The notes under the pieces are model-generated. The model saw nothing but the letters and a program-made list of their open reading frames with translations, made no database searches and was not told the DNA's origin. The position numbers and the translations under genes were made by a program. From an uncultured virus (IMG/VR IMGVR_UViG_3300032893_000007) (Duplodnaviria; Heunggongvirae; Uroviricota; Caudoviricetes), in the IMG/VR virus record IMGVR_UViG_3300032893_000007: a stretch of 64,000 bases of DNA; one strand, given 5' to 3'. Positions 36,911 to 46,141 of this stretch are shown piece by piece. How positions within the stretch are numbered: position 1 is the stretch's first letter; each line of letters starts with the position of its first letter.

Positions 36911-37351
36911 TCAAGACGATGTGGGAGGGAGCACGGGAGTTTCCGGCGGGGTGATGAAGTCTTCGAGCAGGAGCAGGTCCCGCGGGGTGAGGCCCGCGTG
37001 CTCGAGCGTCGCGACGGGCAGCGGAGGGACGGGAAGCGTGATCGCGACGTCGTCGAGAGCGCGGAGCTCGGCTCGGTAGGTCTCGAGGTTGGGTCCGTCG
37101 ACGACGATCTTGTTGTCGTGCTCGGGGCTCGGGTGTCCGTACTTCTGTCCCAGCTTGAGGGCGGTCTCCTCGTAGGTGCGCAGCTCGGTCAGGACCACCT
37201 TTAGGAAGCGTGAGATGAGGAAGCGCGCCGCGAAGGGAGTCTGGTCACCGGCGGAGGAGAGCTTCGACAGGGGGCCCTGGCGGACGACGGTGCCGCGAGG
37301 GCCTACCTCGTCGCGGAGCTGGGCGATCTTTCCGAGCGTGGTGTTGATCAT
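36911..37351 (-). CDS. DUF1617-like helical protein, possible fibre chaperone
   Basis: EL..YEE...KL..KYG...EL..L pattern; follows fibre gene. Confidence 0.55.
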   Translation of the reverse strand: MINTTLGKIAQLRDEVGPRGTVVRQGPLSKLSSAGDQTPFAARFLISRFLKVVLTELRTYEETALKLGQKYGHPSPEHDNKIVVDGPNLETYRAELRALDDVAITLPVPPLPVATLEHAGLTPRDLLLLEDFITPPETPVLPPTSS

Positions 37352-37372
37352 GGGGCGGAATTATAGGGCTCG

Positions 37373-39484
37373 TCACGGATCCACGTAAAGCAAGATTGCA
37401 CCGACCGGCGGGGTGGAGGCTCCCTTGACGGTCCTGCTGGTGACTGCCGCTCCGTCGTTGAAGGTTACGGCGAGTCCCGCCTCGCCGGCGGCCGGCTCCG
37501 ACGTCGCGGAGAGGACGACCACGGGTGTGGTGCCGTCGGCCAAGAATCCTCGTACGATAAGCTGGTCGACGTTGCAGTTCAAGACGGACGCCCCAACCAC
37601 CATCTGGTTGGAGGCGGCGGAGGCCTGGGAGCCTATGGCGAAGCTGGCTACCGTCCCAGTGAGGGACTGGGATCCGATCGCGAGGCAGTTGAACGACGTG
37701 TCGGGGACGGTACCGCCGACCATCGCCAGGCAGTAGGTGGAGGCAGATCCGACGAAGGAGGAGACGATGGCGGCAGAGTACGAGGTGCCCGAGCCCCCGA
37801 AGGCGACGCCGGAGCTCACGAGGGCGAGGCACGAGTGGCAGTCGTCTCCGACGTGGGACACCATGCCCGAGAAGTCGGCGACGCCGGCGAAGCCGATGGT
37901 GGAGTCGATGATCGCGCACGACTGGACCGTGTCCGTGGCGAGGTTCTGGCCGATGGTGGCGGTGTTGCCGAGCGCCACGTTGCTGTTGCCGGCTCCGAGC
38001 ACCATGGCGCCGGTGCCGAGGGCGACGCTGTTGTTGACGGCGTAGGCGTCGGCGCCGATGATCACGCACGCGACGGAGTCTGCGATCGCGAGCGAGCTCC
38101 GGGTGCGCAGGATGATGTTCCAGTTGCCCTCGACGGAGACCGGCTCCTCCTCGGGACCGACGTTGACGACGATGTTGCGCCCGGCTCTGTCCGCGAGGGT
38201 GACGTGCAGTCCGGCGACGAAGTCGTAGTTGCATCCGGCTCCCAGGTTGAGGTCAGAGCCCGCGAGAGCGCTCTCGAGGCAGGAGTCGAGCGTGGTGAGA
38301 CTGGTGCCGATGAGGATGCAGTGGTCGCCCGAGGTACCGGAGGAGATCTGGCTGCCTAGCGCGTAGACGAACCTGTTCCCGGCCGCGAGGGTGACGACCT
38401 CGCCGAAGACTCCGTTGATGGTGGCGTTGCTGTTCTCGTCGATGGTGATGAAGTTGCCGACTCCGACGGAGTTGGCTCCTCCCACGCGCACCTGGTAGCC
38501 TACGGCGGAGCTCTGCGGGGAGGAGTCGGGGATCACGCATTCGCTGCCGAGGGCGAGCCCGTTGTTGACGGACGAGCCGATGCGGTTGTGTACGCCGACC
38601 GCGGTGCTGTTGAAGTTGTGAGGACCCACGGTGTTGTCGTGTCCGAGGACGAGCAGCTGTCCTCCGGAGACGGTGTTGTTCGTCCCGAGCACCTCGACGG
38701 AGCCGAACTGGTTCTCGAGGGTGACGGAGTTGCCGAGCACGTCGGTGAGCGGATACGCGTCGCCGGCGGGGCTGCCCCGGAAGAAGTGGTTGCCGAGCGT
38801 GCTCGACGCGACGACGGCCAGGTTCTCGCCGGCATCTCCCGACGACGGGGCGCTGCCGCCGACGGTGACGACGACGGATCCCGCGACGAAGGCGTCGACC
38901 TGGAGGCGCACGTAGCGCAGCTTGGCCGCGACGAGGAGGGGAGACATCTCGAGCGCCGAGGTGGCGCCAGTTGCTCTGCGGCCGGCGCGGAACTCGCCCA
39001 CCGGGTTCCACTCCGAGCCGTCGAGGCTGCCGAGAACCGTGATCGGTCCGTCCTCGAACGAGCCCCGGCAGAGGAGGCACGCGTCGGCCTCGGGTCCGGT
39101 CGGCGCGACGACGGTGCCGAGGTCCAGGGCAGGGGTCTGTCCCGAGAAGCCCGGGGGCAGGCTCGCCACGACGGCGAACCCGTTCTGCCCGGGTCCGTAG
39201 ACTCCGGACACCTCGCAGGTCACGGCGGAGGTCGGGACGGCGCTCGAGCGGAGCTTCACCGAGCTGAAGGCACCCTCCACGGTCAACTTGATGCCCTCGG
39301 GTCCGCCGGCGTCGAACGAGGCCACCGGGACGAAGGTCGTGTCGTCTTGGCTCGCGAGGAGGTCGTAGTAGCCGTCGAACGTGCCCGAGAGCTGGACGGT
39401 CTTCGTGCCTACTATGCTCGACACGTCCGAGGCCGGACCGTCGCCCTTGTCGGGGACGACGACGCTGACCGTGGTGATGCTCAT
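37373..39484 (-). CDS. Spike/receptor-binding protein: N-terminal anchor plus beta-helix (YadA-head-like) repeats
   Basis: N-terminus shared with 39509 gene; repeats STAVG, GLALG, SVALG, NVALG, FAIG. Confidence 0.75.
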   Translation of the reverse strand: MSITTVSVVVPDKGDGPASDVSSIVGTKTVQLSGTFDGYYDLLASQDDTTFVPVASFDAGGPEGIKLTVEGAFSSVKLRSSAVPTSAVTCEVSGVYGPGQNGFAVVASLPPGFSGQTPALDLGTVVAPTGPEADACLLCRGSFEDGPITVLGSLDGSEWNPVGEFRAGRRATGATSALEMSPLLVAAKLRYVRLQVDAFVAGSVVVTVGGSAPSSGDAGENLAVVASSTLGNHFFRGSPAGDAYPLTDVLGNSVTLENQFGSVEVLGTNNTVSGGQLLVLGHDNTVGPHNFNSTAVGVHNRIGSSVNNGLALGSECVIPDSSPQSSAVGYQVRVGGANSVGVGNFITIDENSNATINGVFGEVVTLAAGNRFVYALGSQISSGTSGDHCILIGTSLTTLDSCLESALAGSDLNLGAGCNYDFVAGLHVTLADRAGRNIVVNVGPEEEPVSVEGNWNIILRTRSSLAIADSVACVIIGADAYAVNNSVALGTGAMVLGAGNSNVALGNTATIGQNLATDTVQSCAIIDSTIGFAGVADFSGMVSHVGDDCHSCLALVSSGVAFGGSGTSYSAAIVSSFVGSASTYCLAMVGGTVPDTSFNCLAIGSQSLTGTVASFAIGSQASAASNQMVVGASVLNCNVDQLIVRGFLADGTTPVVVLSATSEPAAGEAGLAVTFNDGAAVTSRTVKGASTPPVGAILLYVDP

Positions 39485-39508
39485 GTGTTTCGTCCTGTCT
39501 GGTTGGTT

Positions 39509-42508
39509 TTACGACTGGGCGACGGCGGAGAGTACGGCGCTCGTGATGCTGTTCGAGTTGGCGTTGGTGACGGACTGGGCGAACCGGACCTCGAGGATCC
39601 CGGGCAGGTCGATGGTGACGAAGCCTGAGATCGTCCACCTCCCGCTGGTCGTCCCGACGCCTCCGGAGAGCGAGTGGGTATCTCCGATCTGGTAGACGGC
39701 GTCGTTGAACACGACTCCGTCTTGGGTCGGGGTGGCCTGGGTGAGCATGGAGGCGAGCAGGGCGGAGGAGGCCGTCCCGCCGTTGGGGCTCGACAGGGCG
39801 AACTGGTAGCCTCCCGAGCCTCCCCCGCCGACGTCGGCGACGAGGTCCACCTTGTAGGTGTGGCCCGCCTCGAGCTGGACGAAGAGCTCGGGGACGGAGG
39901 CGAGGTCGCTACTCGTCTTCGAGAAGGGCGTCGCGAGGGTGGCGACCTGGGCGTCAGGGGGAGTGGGCAGGAAGAGGGCCTCGACCGTGGAGGAGGTGCC
40001 GTCCCAGTCCTGGTCAATCGCGCGGGCGACCCTCACGGGTCCCACGACGTTGAGGTCTCCGCCGCGGGGAGGCGGCACTTGAGTGACGGCTCCGTTGACG
40101 AGCGCGCTCAAGTAGAGCAGGTCGCCCGGGGCCGGGTAGGGGGAGGCACCTTCGCCGGACTCGAGGAGGAGGACTGCTCGGGGGTCGGCGGAGACGATGC
40201 ACGGGGCTCCTGAGGCCTCGGTGTTGGGGTACTCCGCGGCGAGGAAGCCCGCGACCTTGGCCTCGTAGGGGCTCTCGAGGGAGGCCAGCATCACTCGGCC
40301 CGGCTGGTTGAAAGATGAGCACACGACGGAGCCGACCGGCACGGGGTCGCCGGCTCCCTCGGAGGCCACCCAGAGTCCCACGCGGGAGCGCGGGCAGGGC
40401 AGGTGCCTCTCGGGGTAGTGGGCGACGTCGTCCGTGAGGCAGGTGACCTTCTGTCCGCCGACGACGTCGAAGCCGGACTTCGCCAGGGAGGCGTACGAGA
40501 CGTGTGCGAAGGACGACGAGGTGTTGATCCTGACGCCGGTGCCGAGGCTGACGCTTTCGGTCTCGACGACGACCTCGTACTCGCCGTTCTCGAGTCGTAT
40601 TCCCTCTTGGCTGGTGTCGGGCCACATGTCGACTGCTCCGTGGAGCGTTACGGTTCGGTTGGGTGAGTAGCTTCCGACGGGTTCGGAGAAGATCATGACG
40701 GAACCGCCGCCGAGCGGCAGGTGGGTTGCTCCCGAGACGTCGCCGCTTCCTCCTGCCTGCCACACCATGCGGACGTAGTCGGGGTTCGTGAGGACGACCC
40801 GGGCGACGGGGTTCGTGAGGTGCAGGTCGTTGAAGAAGCCGCTGTCCGACGTGAGCAGGCTGGCAGCCACGTCGAGCTCCGCCAGGCCGACCACGTAGTC
40901 GAGCACGAGCTTAGGCGGCAGAGGAGCAGCGTCGTTTTCGGTGTCGGTGCTCTTGCATATCCAACCAGGAGTCCAGTCCGGGTAGGTGGCGCCGGCCTCG
41001 TCCTCGTAGAGGGCAGCGGTCTTGGCGGAGCCGCTCCACCTGACCTGACACGTTTCGGTGGTTGAGATCCCGACGTAGAGGGGAGCAGTGGTGACGTCGT
41101 TGGCACCGAGGAGGGAGCATGTCGACGCTGAGATCCCGGCTACGAGCAGGGGGTTCACGTGGAGGACGTTAGGGAGGCTCGACTGGGTCTCGGTCACGGT
41201 CGGAATTACGGTGCCGGGCTGGTCGAAGGCGACCAGGTCGCCGACCTCGAACAGATCTCCCACGGGCCTCGCTGTGACGACGTTGGTGCGGCCCGTGTTG
41301 GTGGTGTCTCCCCATCTCGGGAGGGAGGTGAACACGCTGCCGTCGGCCTTGGTTACGCGGAGGCGATACGGCATGAGGTCGGTCAGGGGATTCGACAGGT
41401 TGAGTCCCGTGAGGACGAGCTCGGTACCGAAGGCTATCGGGGTCACGGACTCCACCGGCCAGGGACCGGCGCTGACCACGTAGCCGAGGATCATTTTGTC
41501 GGATGCCGTGGTGGAGAGGTCGCTCGAGTTCGTGAGATCGCTTCCCCTGTCGTGTATGAGTGAGTACCCGCTCATGCGGGCTCTGTTGCAGACGCCGAGG
41601 CCGTCGCCCTCGACCTTGTAGTCGTATGGTGTGAAGTTCGCGCGGGGCTTCCACAGGGTCACGATCATGCGACCATTGCCGACCGCGGGGCGCACCTCGT
41701 CCACGCGGCTCGTGGTCTTGATCGCCACGGCGGCAGCCTGAGCGGGGGTGAAGACGGTGCCTGGAGGGGCGTCGATGTACCCGACGTGCGAGTCGTTGCC
41801 GCCGTCGCCGTCAGCGAACACGAACCTCACCAGGTTGAGGGGCCAGTCGGCGCCCGGATTGGTCCCGGACTGTGTGGGGACGCTACCACCCATCGTGACA
41901 CTGACGGTTCCGGTGGCGACTCCGTCGAGCAGGATCTGCACGTAGCGGGTCTTGTCCTCCGTGGTGAGGGCGCTGAACTCGAGGACGCCGCCACCTCCGG
42001 CGGGCAGGCTGTCGGTGCGCCACGAGCCGATCGGGTTGAAGACCGTGCCGTTCATGCTCCCCATCACGGTGAGCAGTCCGCGGAAGCTGCCCCGGCAGAG
42101 GAAGCAGATGTCTGCCTCGGGGCCCGACGGGGGGAAGATGCCGGCCGTGTCTACCACGGGGCTCGCTCCCGAGAATCCGCTCGTCAGCGTGGCGACTGTC
42201 GCGAAGTAGTTCTGGCCTCCGCTCGACACGCCGGACACGACACAGGAGACTCCGGTACCAGTAGCCATCGACCGGAGCTTCATGCTCTTGAAGGCTCCCG
42301 GGACGGTCTGCGTGATGCCCGCGAGGCTGCCGGCGTTGAAAGACAAGATCGGGACGAAGTCCGCGTCGTCCTCGCTGCCGAGGAGGACGTACGTCCCGCG
42401 GAAGAGGCCGGCGAGCTGCACGGTCTTGGGTCCGAGCAGGGCGGAGACGTCGGCAGAGGGACCGTCGCCAGAAGACGGGACCGAGATGGAGATTCTCGTG
42501 ATGCTCAT
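39509..42508 (-). CDS. Large spike/fibre-like structural protein (~999 aa)
   Basis: ATG 42508 after AAGGA; shared N-terminal anchor; DUF2190-like segment (GDLLYLSA); beta-rich C-terminus. Confidence 0.75.
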   Translation of the reverse strand: MSITRISISVPSSGDGPSADVSALLGPKTVQLAGLFRGTYVLLGSEDDADFVPILSFNAGSLAGITQTVPGAFKSMKLRSMATGTGVSCVVSGVSSGGQNYFATVATLTSGFSGASPVVDTAGIFPPSGPEADICFLCRGSFRGLLTVMGSMNGTVFNPIGSWRTDSLPAGGGGVLEFSALTTEDKTRYVQILLDGVATGTVSVTMGGSVPTQSGTNPGADWPLNLVRFVFADGDGGNDSHVGYIDAPPGTVFTPAQAAAVAIKTTSRVDEVRPAVGNGRMIVTLWKPRANFTPYDYKVEGDGLGVCNRARMSGYSLIHDRGSDLTNSSDLSTTASDKMILGYVVSAGPWPVESVTPIAFGTELVLTGLNLSNPLTDLMPYRLRVTKADGSVFTSLPRWGDTTNTGRTNVVTARPVGDLFEVGDLVAFDQPGTVIPTVTETQSSLPNVLHVNPLLVAGISASTCSLLGANDVTTAPLYVGISTTETCQVRWSGSAKTAALYEDEAGATYPDWTPGWICKSTDTENDAAPLPPKLVLDYVVGLAELDVAASLLTSDSGFFNDLHLTNPVARVVLTNPDYVRMVWQAGGSGDVSGATHLPLGGGSVMIFSEPVGSYSPNRTVTLHGAVDMWPDTSQEGIRLENGEYEVVVETESVSLGTGVRINTSSSFAHVSYASLAKSGFDVVGGQKVTCLTDDVAHYPERHLPCPRSRVGLWVASEGAGDPVPVGSVVCSSFNQPGRVMLASLESPYEAKVAGFLAAEYPNTEASGAPCIVSADPRAVLLLESGEGASPYPAPGDLLYLSALVNGAVTQVPPPRGGDLNVVGPVRVARAIDQDWDGTSSTVEALFLPTPPDAQVATLATPFSKTSSDLASVPELFVQLEAGHTYKVDLVADVGGGGSGGYQFALSSPNGGTASSALLASMLTQATPTQDGVVFNDAVYQIGDTHSLSGGVGTTSGRWTISGFVTIDLPGILEVRFAQSVTNANSNSITSAVLSAVAQS

Positions 42509-42555
42509 GAAGGTTTTCCTTTGTGTTGCAGGATCATGTGGACCACTTGATCCAG

Positions 42556-42816
42556 TTAGAAGTTGTTCAATGATCCCTGCAGTCCCGCGATCGAACAAGT
42601 AGTTGAAGGTGGGGTAGGTCTGAGGGCGCGTAGTCGTACACTGAGGACAGAACCGGGGATGGTCTGCTGTATTTCACCTCCGGAGTCGCTGCCGAGTAAG
42701 GATCCCGTGAAGTTGCCGTGGAGGAGGATCGTCTTGGACCCGACGAGCGACGAAATGTTCGTGGGAGGACCGTCGCCGGTGATTGGGACGACCACGTCGA
42801 TGTTTTGGATGCTCAT
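42556..42816 (-). CDS. Truncated paralog of the spike N-terminal anchor, possible pseudogene
   Basis: MSIQNIDVVVPITGDGP...GSKTILLHGNF with internal deletion and weaker codon bias. Confidence 0.6.
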   Translation of the reverse strand: MSIQNIDVVVPITGDGPPTNISSLVGSKTILLHGNFTGSLLGSDSGGEIQQTIPGSVLSVRLRALRPTPPSTTCSIAGLQGSLNNF

Positions 42817-43772
42817 GTGAACACGTTGGTGGGCAGTCCCACGACGCTCGACTGGTCGGCGACGTAGACGTTGGTGGCGGTCGGGACGTCGACTCCGGAC
42901 GTGATGACGGTGGTCCCGGGGGGGAGCTCGGTCGAGGGGAAGGCGTCGACGAGGGTGCCGCCGTCCTGTGGATCGCCAGCCTCGAACGGGGGAGGGGGCG
43001 GGAAGATGGTCACGTCGGTGGTGCCGCCCTCGGTGTTCACCTGCTCTGAGCCCTGCCGGTTGACGTTGAGCTGGAACGTATCGCCCGGCGCGGGAGTGGT
43101 CATCGTGGGGACGTTGCCGTTCGACGGGGTGGAGTCGTCGCGCGCGACGACGACGAAGTTTGCCCCGTAGTTCTGGATGGGGCGGGCCGCCCCCTCGTCG
43201 GGCAGGGTGACGTCTCCGTTGAAGACGACCTGGCGGCCGAGCAGGGATACCGGGTAGGAGGTGAGGGAAGGGGGCGTTGCGACGACGAGGTAGTAGCGGG
43301 TGGTGGTGGGACCGGCCGCGGAGGGGAGGTGGTCGGCGTCGAGGACGATCGTGACGGTGACTTCCACGATGTCTTCTCCGACGACGTTGGTCTGGAACGA
43401 CTCGGCGGGGCCCACGACGATGAAGTCGGCGGGACCGCGGAAGACGCTGCCGGCGGCCGGGTTACCGGGGTCGGCGGGGATCATACCGCCCTGGCCGAGC
43501 TGCTGCTCGTCGACGAAGATTTCGGTGGCGGGAGGGACGATGACGGAGCTCGACGGGGGAGTCTCGGGCAGCTCGTCCACCGTGATCTCGTCGGGAGTGC
43601 GGAATACGTTGGAGGTCACCCCCGCGCGCGGCGGGAGGGGGTATCCCTCGTCGGCGGCCGCCGTGAGCTCCTTGGGGTCGAGCGGCGTCGGGGAGGAGGT
43701 GCCGCCGTTGGGGTCGGGATTGCCGTAAGTTTCGGCGGCCACGCTCACGAGTCCGGGGTTCGTCACATCCAC
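42813..43772 (-). CDS. Acidic Pro/Thr-rich structural protein with NPG...PxNVF motifs
   Basis: GTG 43772 after AAAGGA; VTNPGLVSVA at N-terminus, VADQ..GLPTNVFT at C-terminus. Confidence 0.75.
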   Translation of the reverse strand: MDVTNPGLVSVAAETYGNPDPNGGTSSPTPLDPKELTAAADEGYPLPPRAGVTSNVFRTPDEITVDELPETPPSSSVIVPPATEIFVDEQQLGQGGMIPADPGNPAAGSVFRGPADFIVVGPAESFQTNVVGEDIVEVTVTIVLDADHLPSAAGPTTTRYYLVVATPPSLTSYPVSLLGRQVVFNGDVTLPDEGAARPIQNYGANFVVVARDDSTPSNGNVPTMTTPAPGDTFQLNVNRQGSEQVNTEGGTTDVTIFPPPPPFEAGDPQDGGTLVDAFPSTELPPGTTVITSGVDVPTATNVYVADQSSVVGLPTNVFT

Positions 43773-43774
43773 GG

Positions 43775-43966
43775 TCAACCGTCCTTTCGTTTTCCGAAGA
43801 GGAGCCAGAGGCCGCCCAGCACTCCCGCGACGATGCCGGCCTTGAGGACGTTCCTCTTCGTGATCTTGGAGTCGACGTTCATCTTGCGGGAGATGTCGGC
43901 GGCCTCGTCGGAGACGACGCGCGCCCAGCTCCGGGGAGAGTCGCCGAAGACGAGGTCGCGCGCCAT
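43775..43966 (-). CDS. Small membrane protein with MARDL tag
   Basis: MARDLVFGDSPRSWAR; C-terminal TM followed by KRK. Confidence 0.8.
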   Translation of the reverse strand: MARDLVFGDSPRSWARVVSDEAADISRKMNVDSKITKRNVLKAGIVAGVLGGLWLLFGKRKDG

Positions 43967-44085
43967 CAGTCACCCCGCCTATGGGAGCCGCAGAATATGC
44001 CGAGCCCGAAGAGGAGCAGGATGACGTCGTGCAGGAGCCCCTTGTGCTTGCGCTCGTGCTGTCCGAAGATGAGGTCGTATGGCAT
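43966..44085 (-). CDS. 39-aa membrane protein with MPYDL tag (not in ORF track)
   Basis: MPYDLIFGQHERKHKGLLHDVILLLFGLGIFCGSHRRGD; TGATG coupling at both ends. Confidence 0.7.
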   Translation of the reverse strand: MPYDLIFGQHERKHKGLLHDVILLLFGLGIFCGSHRRGD

Positions 44086-45191
44086 CAGTGACTCGCGTAC
44101 CCGAGCAGTCGGGAGAGCTCGCTCGGCTCACTTCGAGGCACGAACATCCGGTGCTCGCGCGACCAGCCGATCGCGGCGTCGACGTCGAACTCGCTCGTCC
44201 CGAGCTCGACTTCGTTCGCCAGGTAGGCGCCCACCTCGAGGCCGGAGACGCCGTCGAGGTTGTCGCCTCGCCTGGCGAGCAGGTCGGTCACCTTCTTGTC
44301 GAGCTTGGGGGCGATGCCTCCGCCGTAGCCGGACGGCTTCTCGGGGTCGACCACCATGACCTCGGGAGGCTTCGCGAACTGGATGACGGGCGAGAGCTCT
44401 CCGGACTTGAGCTTCTCGGCGAGTCTCGCGGCGGCGAAGGCCTTCTCGCGGCCCATGCCGAGGCCGAGCGATGGATCTTCGAGCCGGCCGTCGGGCAGGT
44501 ATACGAGGGCGTGGTAGTGGAAGTTGCCCCGGGGTCCACGGCGCCACTTGGCGAAGGGCTTGGCTTTGATGCCTCCCGCTACCCTCCTCCAGCCCGGCCA
44601 GGTGACGATATTGCCCACCGTGGTGTCGGTGAAGGGGTTCGGCCGCAGGCCCGGCTCCGCGAACGGGTTCTTCTTCGCGTCGTTCGACAGGGGAGTCACG
44701 TTCACGGCGACGTCGGGCGGCGGGTAGCGGGGGTCGGCGACCTCGGTCTTCGAGCTGTCCCAGGGGGCAGTGCGCTCGAAGTGGTAGGGGAGCTCGCGGA
44801 GCTCGGCGACGCGGTAGCAGGCGAGGTCTTCGCAGTCTCCCCAGGGCCCGGGGTAGAGTCCCCTGCCCATGGTGCCGCCGAGCAGCGACGGGATGTCAGG
44901 CCAGATCTCGGTACCCTTCTCGGTCTCGTAGTGGAGGTCAGAGCGGTAGACCGACGGGTAGCCGTGCGGGACGAGGCCGCGCTTGCGGAACTCCTCGAAC
45001 TGCCGGAGGTGGGTTTGGTTGACCCTGCACAGGGCCTCCATCAGCCACAGCATCCTCATCTGGGACCAGACCTGGTCCCAATCTCCCCGGAACATCTGGC
45101 AGCGGAAGACGATGTTGGGCATTCCCATCGGAGCGTCGACTTTCTTGGGCGGTGAAGCAGTGGGAGGATCCGGGGCCATCCAGTCGCCCAC
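44085..45191 (-). CDS. Transglutaminase-like cysteine protease, putative maturation protease
   Basis: GDCEDLAC...YHALVYLPDGRLEDPS (Cys-His-Asp order); start 45191 or 45179. Confidence 0.75.
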   Translation of the reverse strand: MGDWMAPDPPTASPPKKVDAPMGMPNIVFRCQMFRGDWDQVWSQMRMLWLMEALCRVNQTHLRQFEEFRKRGLVPHGYPSVYRSDLHYETEKGTEIWPDIPSLLGGTMGRGLYPGPWGDCEDLACYRVAELRELPYHFERTAPWDSSKTEVADPRYPPPDVAVNVTPLSNDAKKNPFAEPGLRPNPFTDTTVGNIVTWPGWRRVAGGIKAKPFAKWRRGPRGNFHYHALVYLPDGRLEDPSLGLGMGREKAFAAARLAEKLKSGELSPVIQFAKPPEVMVVDPEKPSGYGGGIAPKLDKKVTDLLARRGDNLDGVSGLEVGAYLANEVELGTSEFDVDAAIGWSREHRMFVPRSEPSELSRLLGYASH

Positions 45192-45226
45192 CCGCGGTAG
45201 GAGGCCCCGGAGAAAAAACTTGGCGA

Positions 45227-45571
45227 TTAGGCCGGAGGCAGGACGGTCTTGAACAAGATCACGGCGAAAGCTGCGTCGACTGGCTGTCCGGTGGAGGGGA
45301 GGCTCGGGATGATGAGGAGTCTCGTCACCTGGTCGTCGGAGCTTGCCTGGACGATGACGGGCACCAAGAAGTTTCCGAAGATGGTGACGACGGGGTAGAG
45401 CTCCTTCGAGGAGACGGCCAGGTTATCCGGAATATCGATGGCGTAGGTGCTGGGAGCGGTCTTCTGGACCGTGAGACCGCTGTTGCTGTCCTGATAGACG
45501 GTACCGTCGGGGTTCACGCGGACGTATGCGAACGGGACGAGGGGAACTTCACTGAATGGACCGATACCCAT
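45227..45571 (-). CDS. Small beta-rich structural protein (paralog of 45662)
   Basis: AYVRV..DGT...NSGLT...Y...P...D.AF.VIL..TV.PP. Confidence 0.75.
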   Translation of the reverse strand: MGIGPFSEVPLVPFAYVRVNPDGTVYQDSNSGLTVQKTAPSTYAIDIPDNLAVSSKELYPVVTIFGNFLVPVIVQASSDDQVTRLLIIPSLPSTGQPVDAAFAVILFKTVLPPA

Positions 45572-45661
45572 GGTGTTACCTCATCTGGCGGAGTAGATCC
45601 CGGGAGCTCGCCTCGACTTGAGGTCAGCGAGTTCCCGGATCTAGGTTGGGGGCTTCGGGTT

Positions 45662-46018
45662 CTACGCCGGAGATCCGGCGGGCGGCGGGACGATGGTCCG
45701 CAGGATGAGGATGCTGAAGGCCGAGTCGGCGAAGGTCGCGAGCGGCGAGCCTCCGTAGATGGCGACCTTCTTGTCGGCCGGGTCGGCGTCGTCCACCTTG
45801 TGGGAGTACGGCGTCGAGTCGATCGTGCCCTTGGGGGTCACGAAGATGAGGTCCCGGGAGCCTGCCTGCTGCTTGTTCGCGGGCAGGGTCACGGTGTACT
45901 GGCCGAGTCCCGACCTGGTCGTGGTCACGCCGCTGTTGGTGGAGGTCGAGGTGCCGTCGCCGGCGACCTCGGCGTACGCCACGATGGCGAGGCCGGCGGA
46001 ATCGAAGAGTGAGTTCAT
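45662..46018 (-). CDS. Small beta-rich structural protein, possible minor capsid/decoration protein
   Basis: AYAEV..DGT...NSGVT...Y...P...DSAFSILI..TI.PP; AGGAG RBS. Confidence 0.75.
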   Translation of the reverse strand: MNSLFDSAGLAIVAYAEVAGDGTSTSTNSGVTTTRSGLGQYTVTLPANKQQAGSRDLIFVTPKGTIDSTPYSHKVDDADPADKKVAIYGGSPLATFADSAFSILILRTIVPPPAGSPA

Positions 46019-46141
46019 CTGCTTTCTCCTACCTTGGGTTTTTCGTTCGTGGTCACGGACGCGCGGGTCGGGTGGTTAGTCGTCCTTCCCCTCCCCGCGC
46101 GACCAGGACCTGTTCCGGTTTCGGTTGGATGGGCCGACGGA

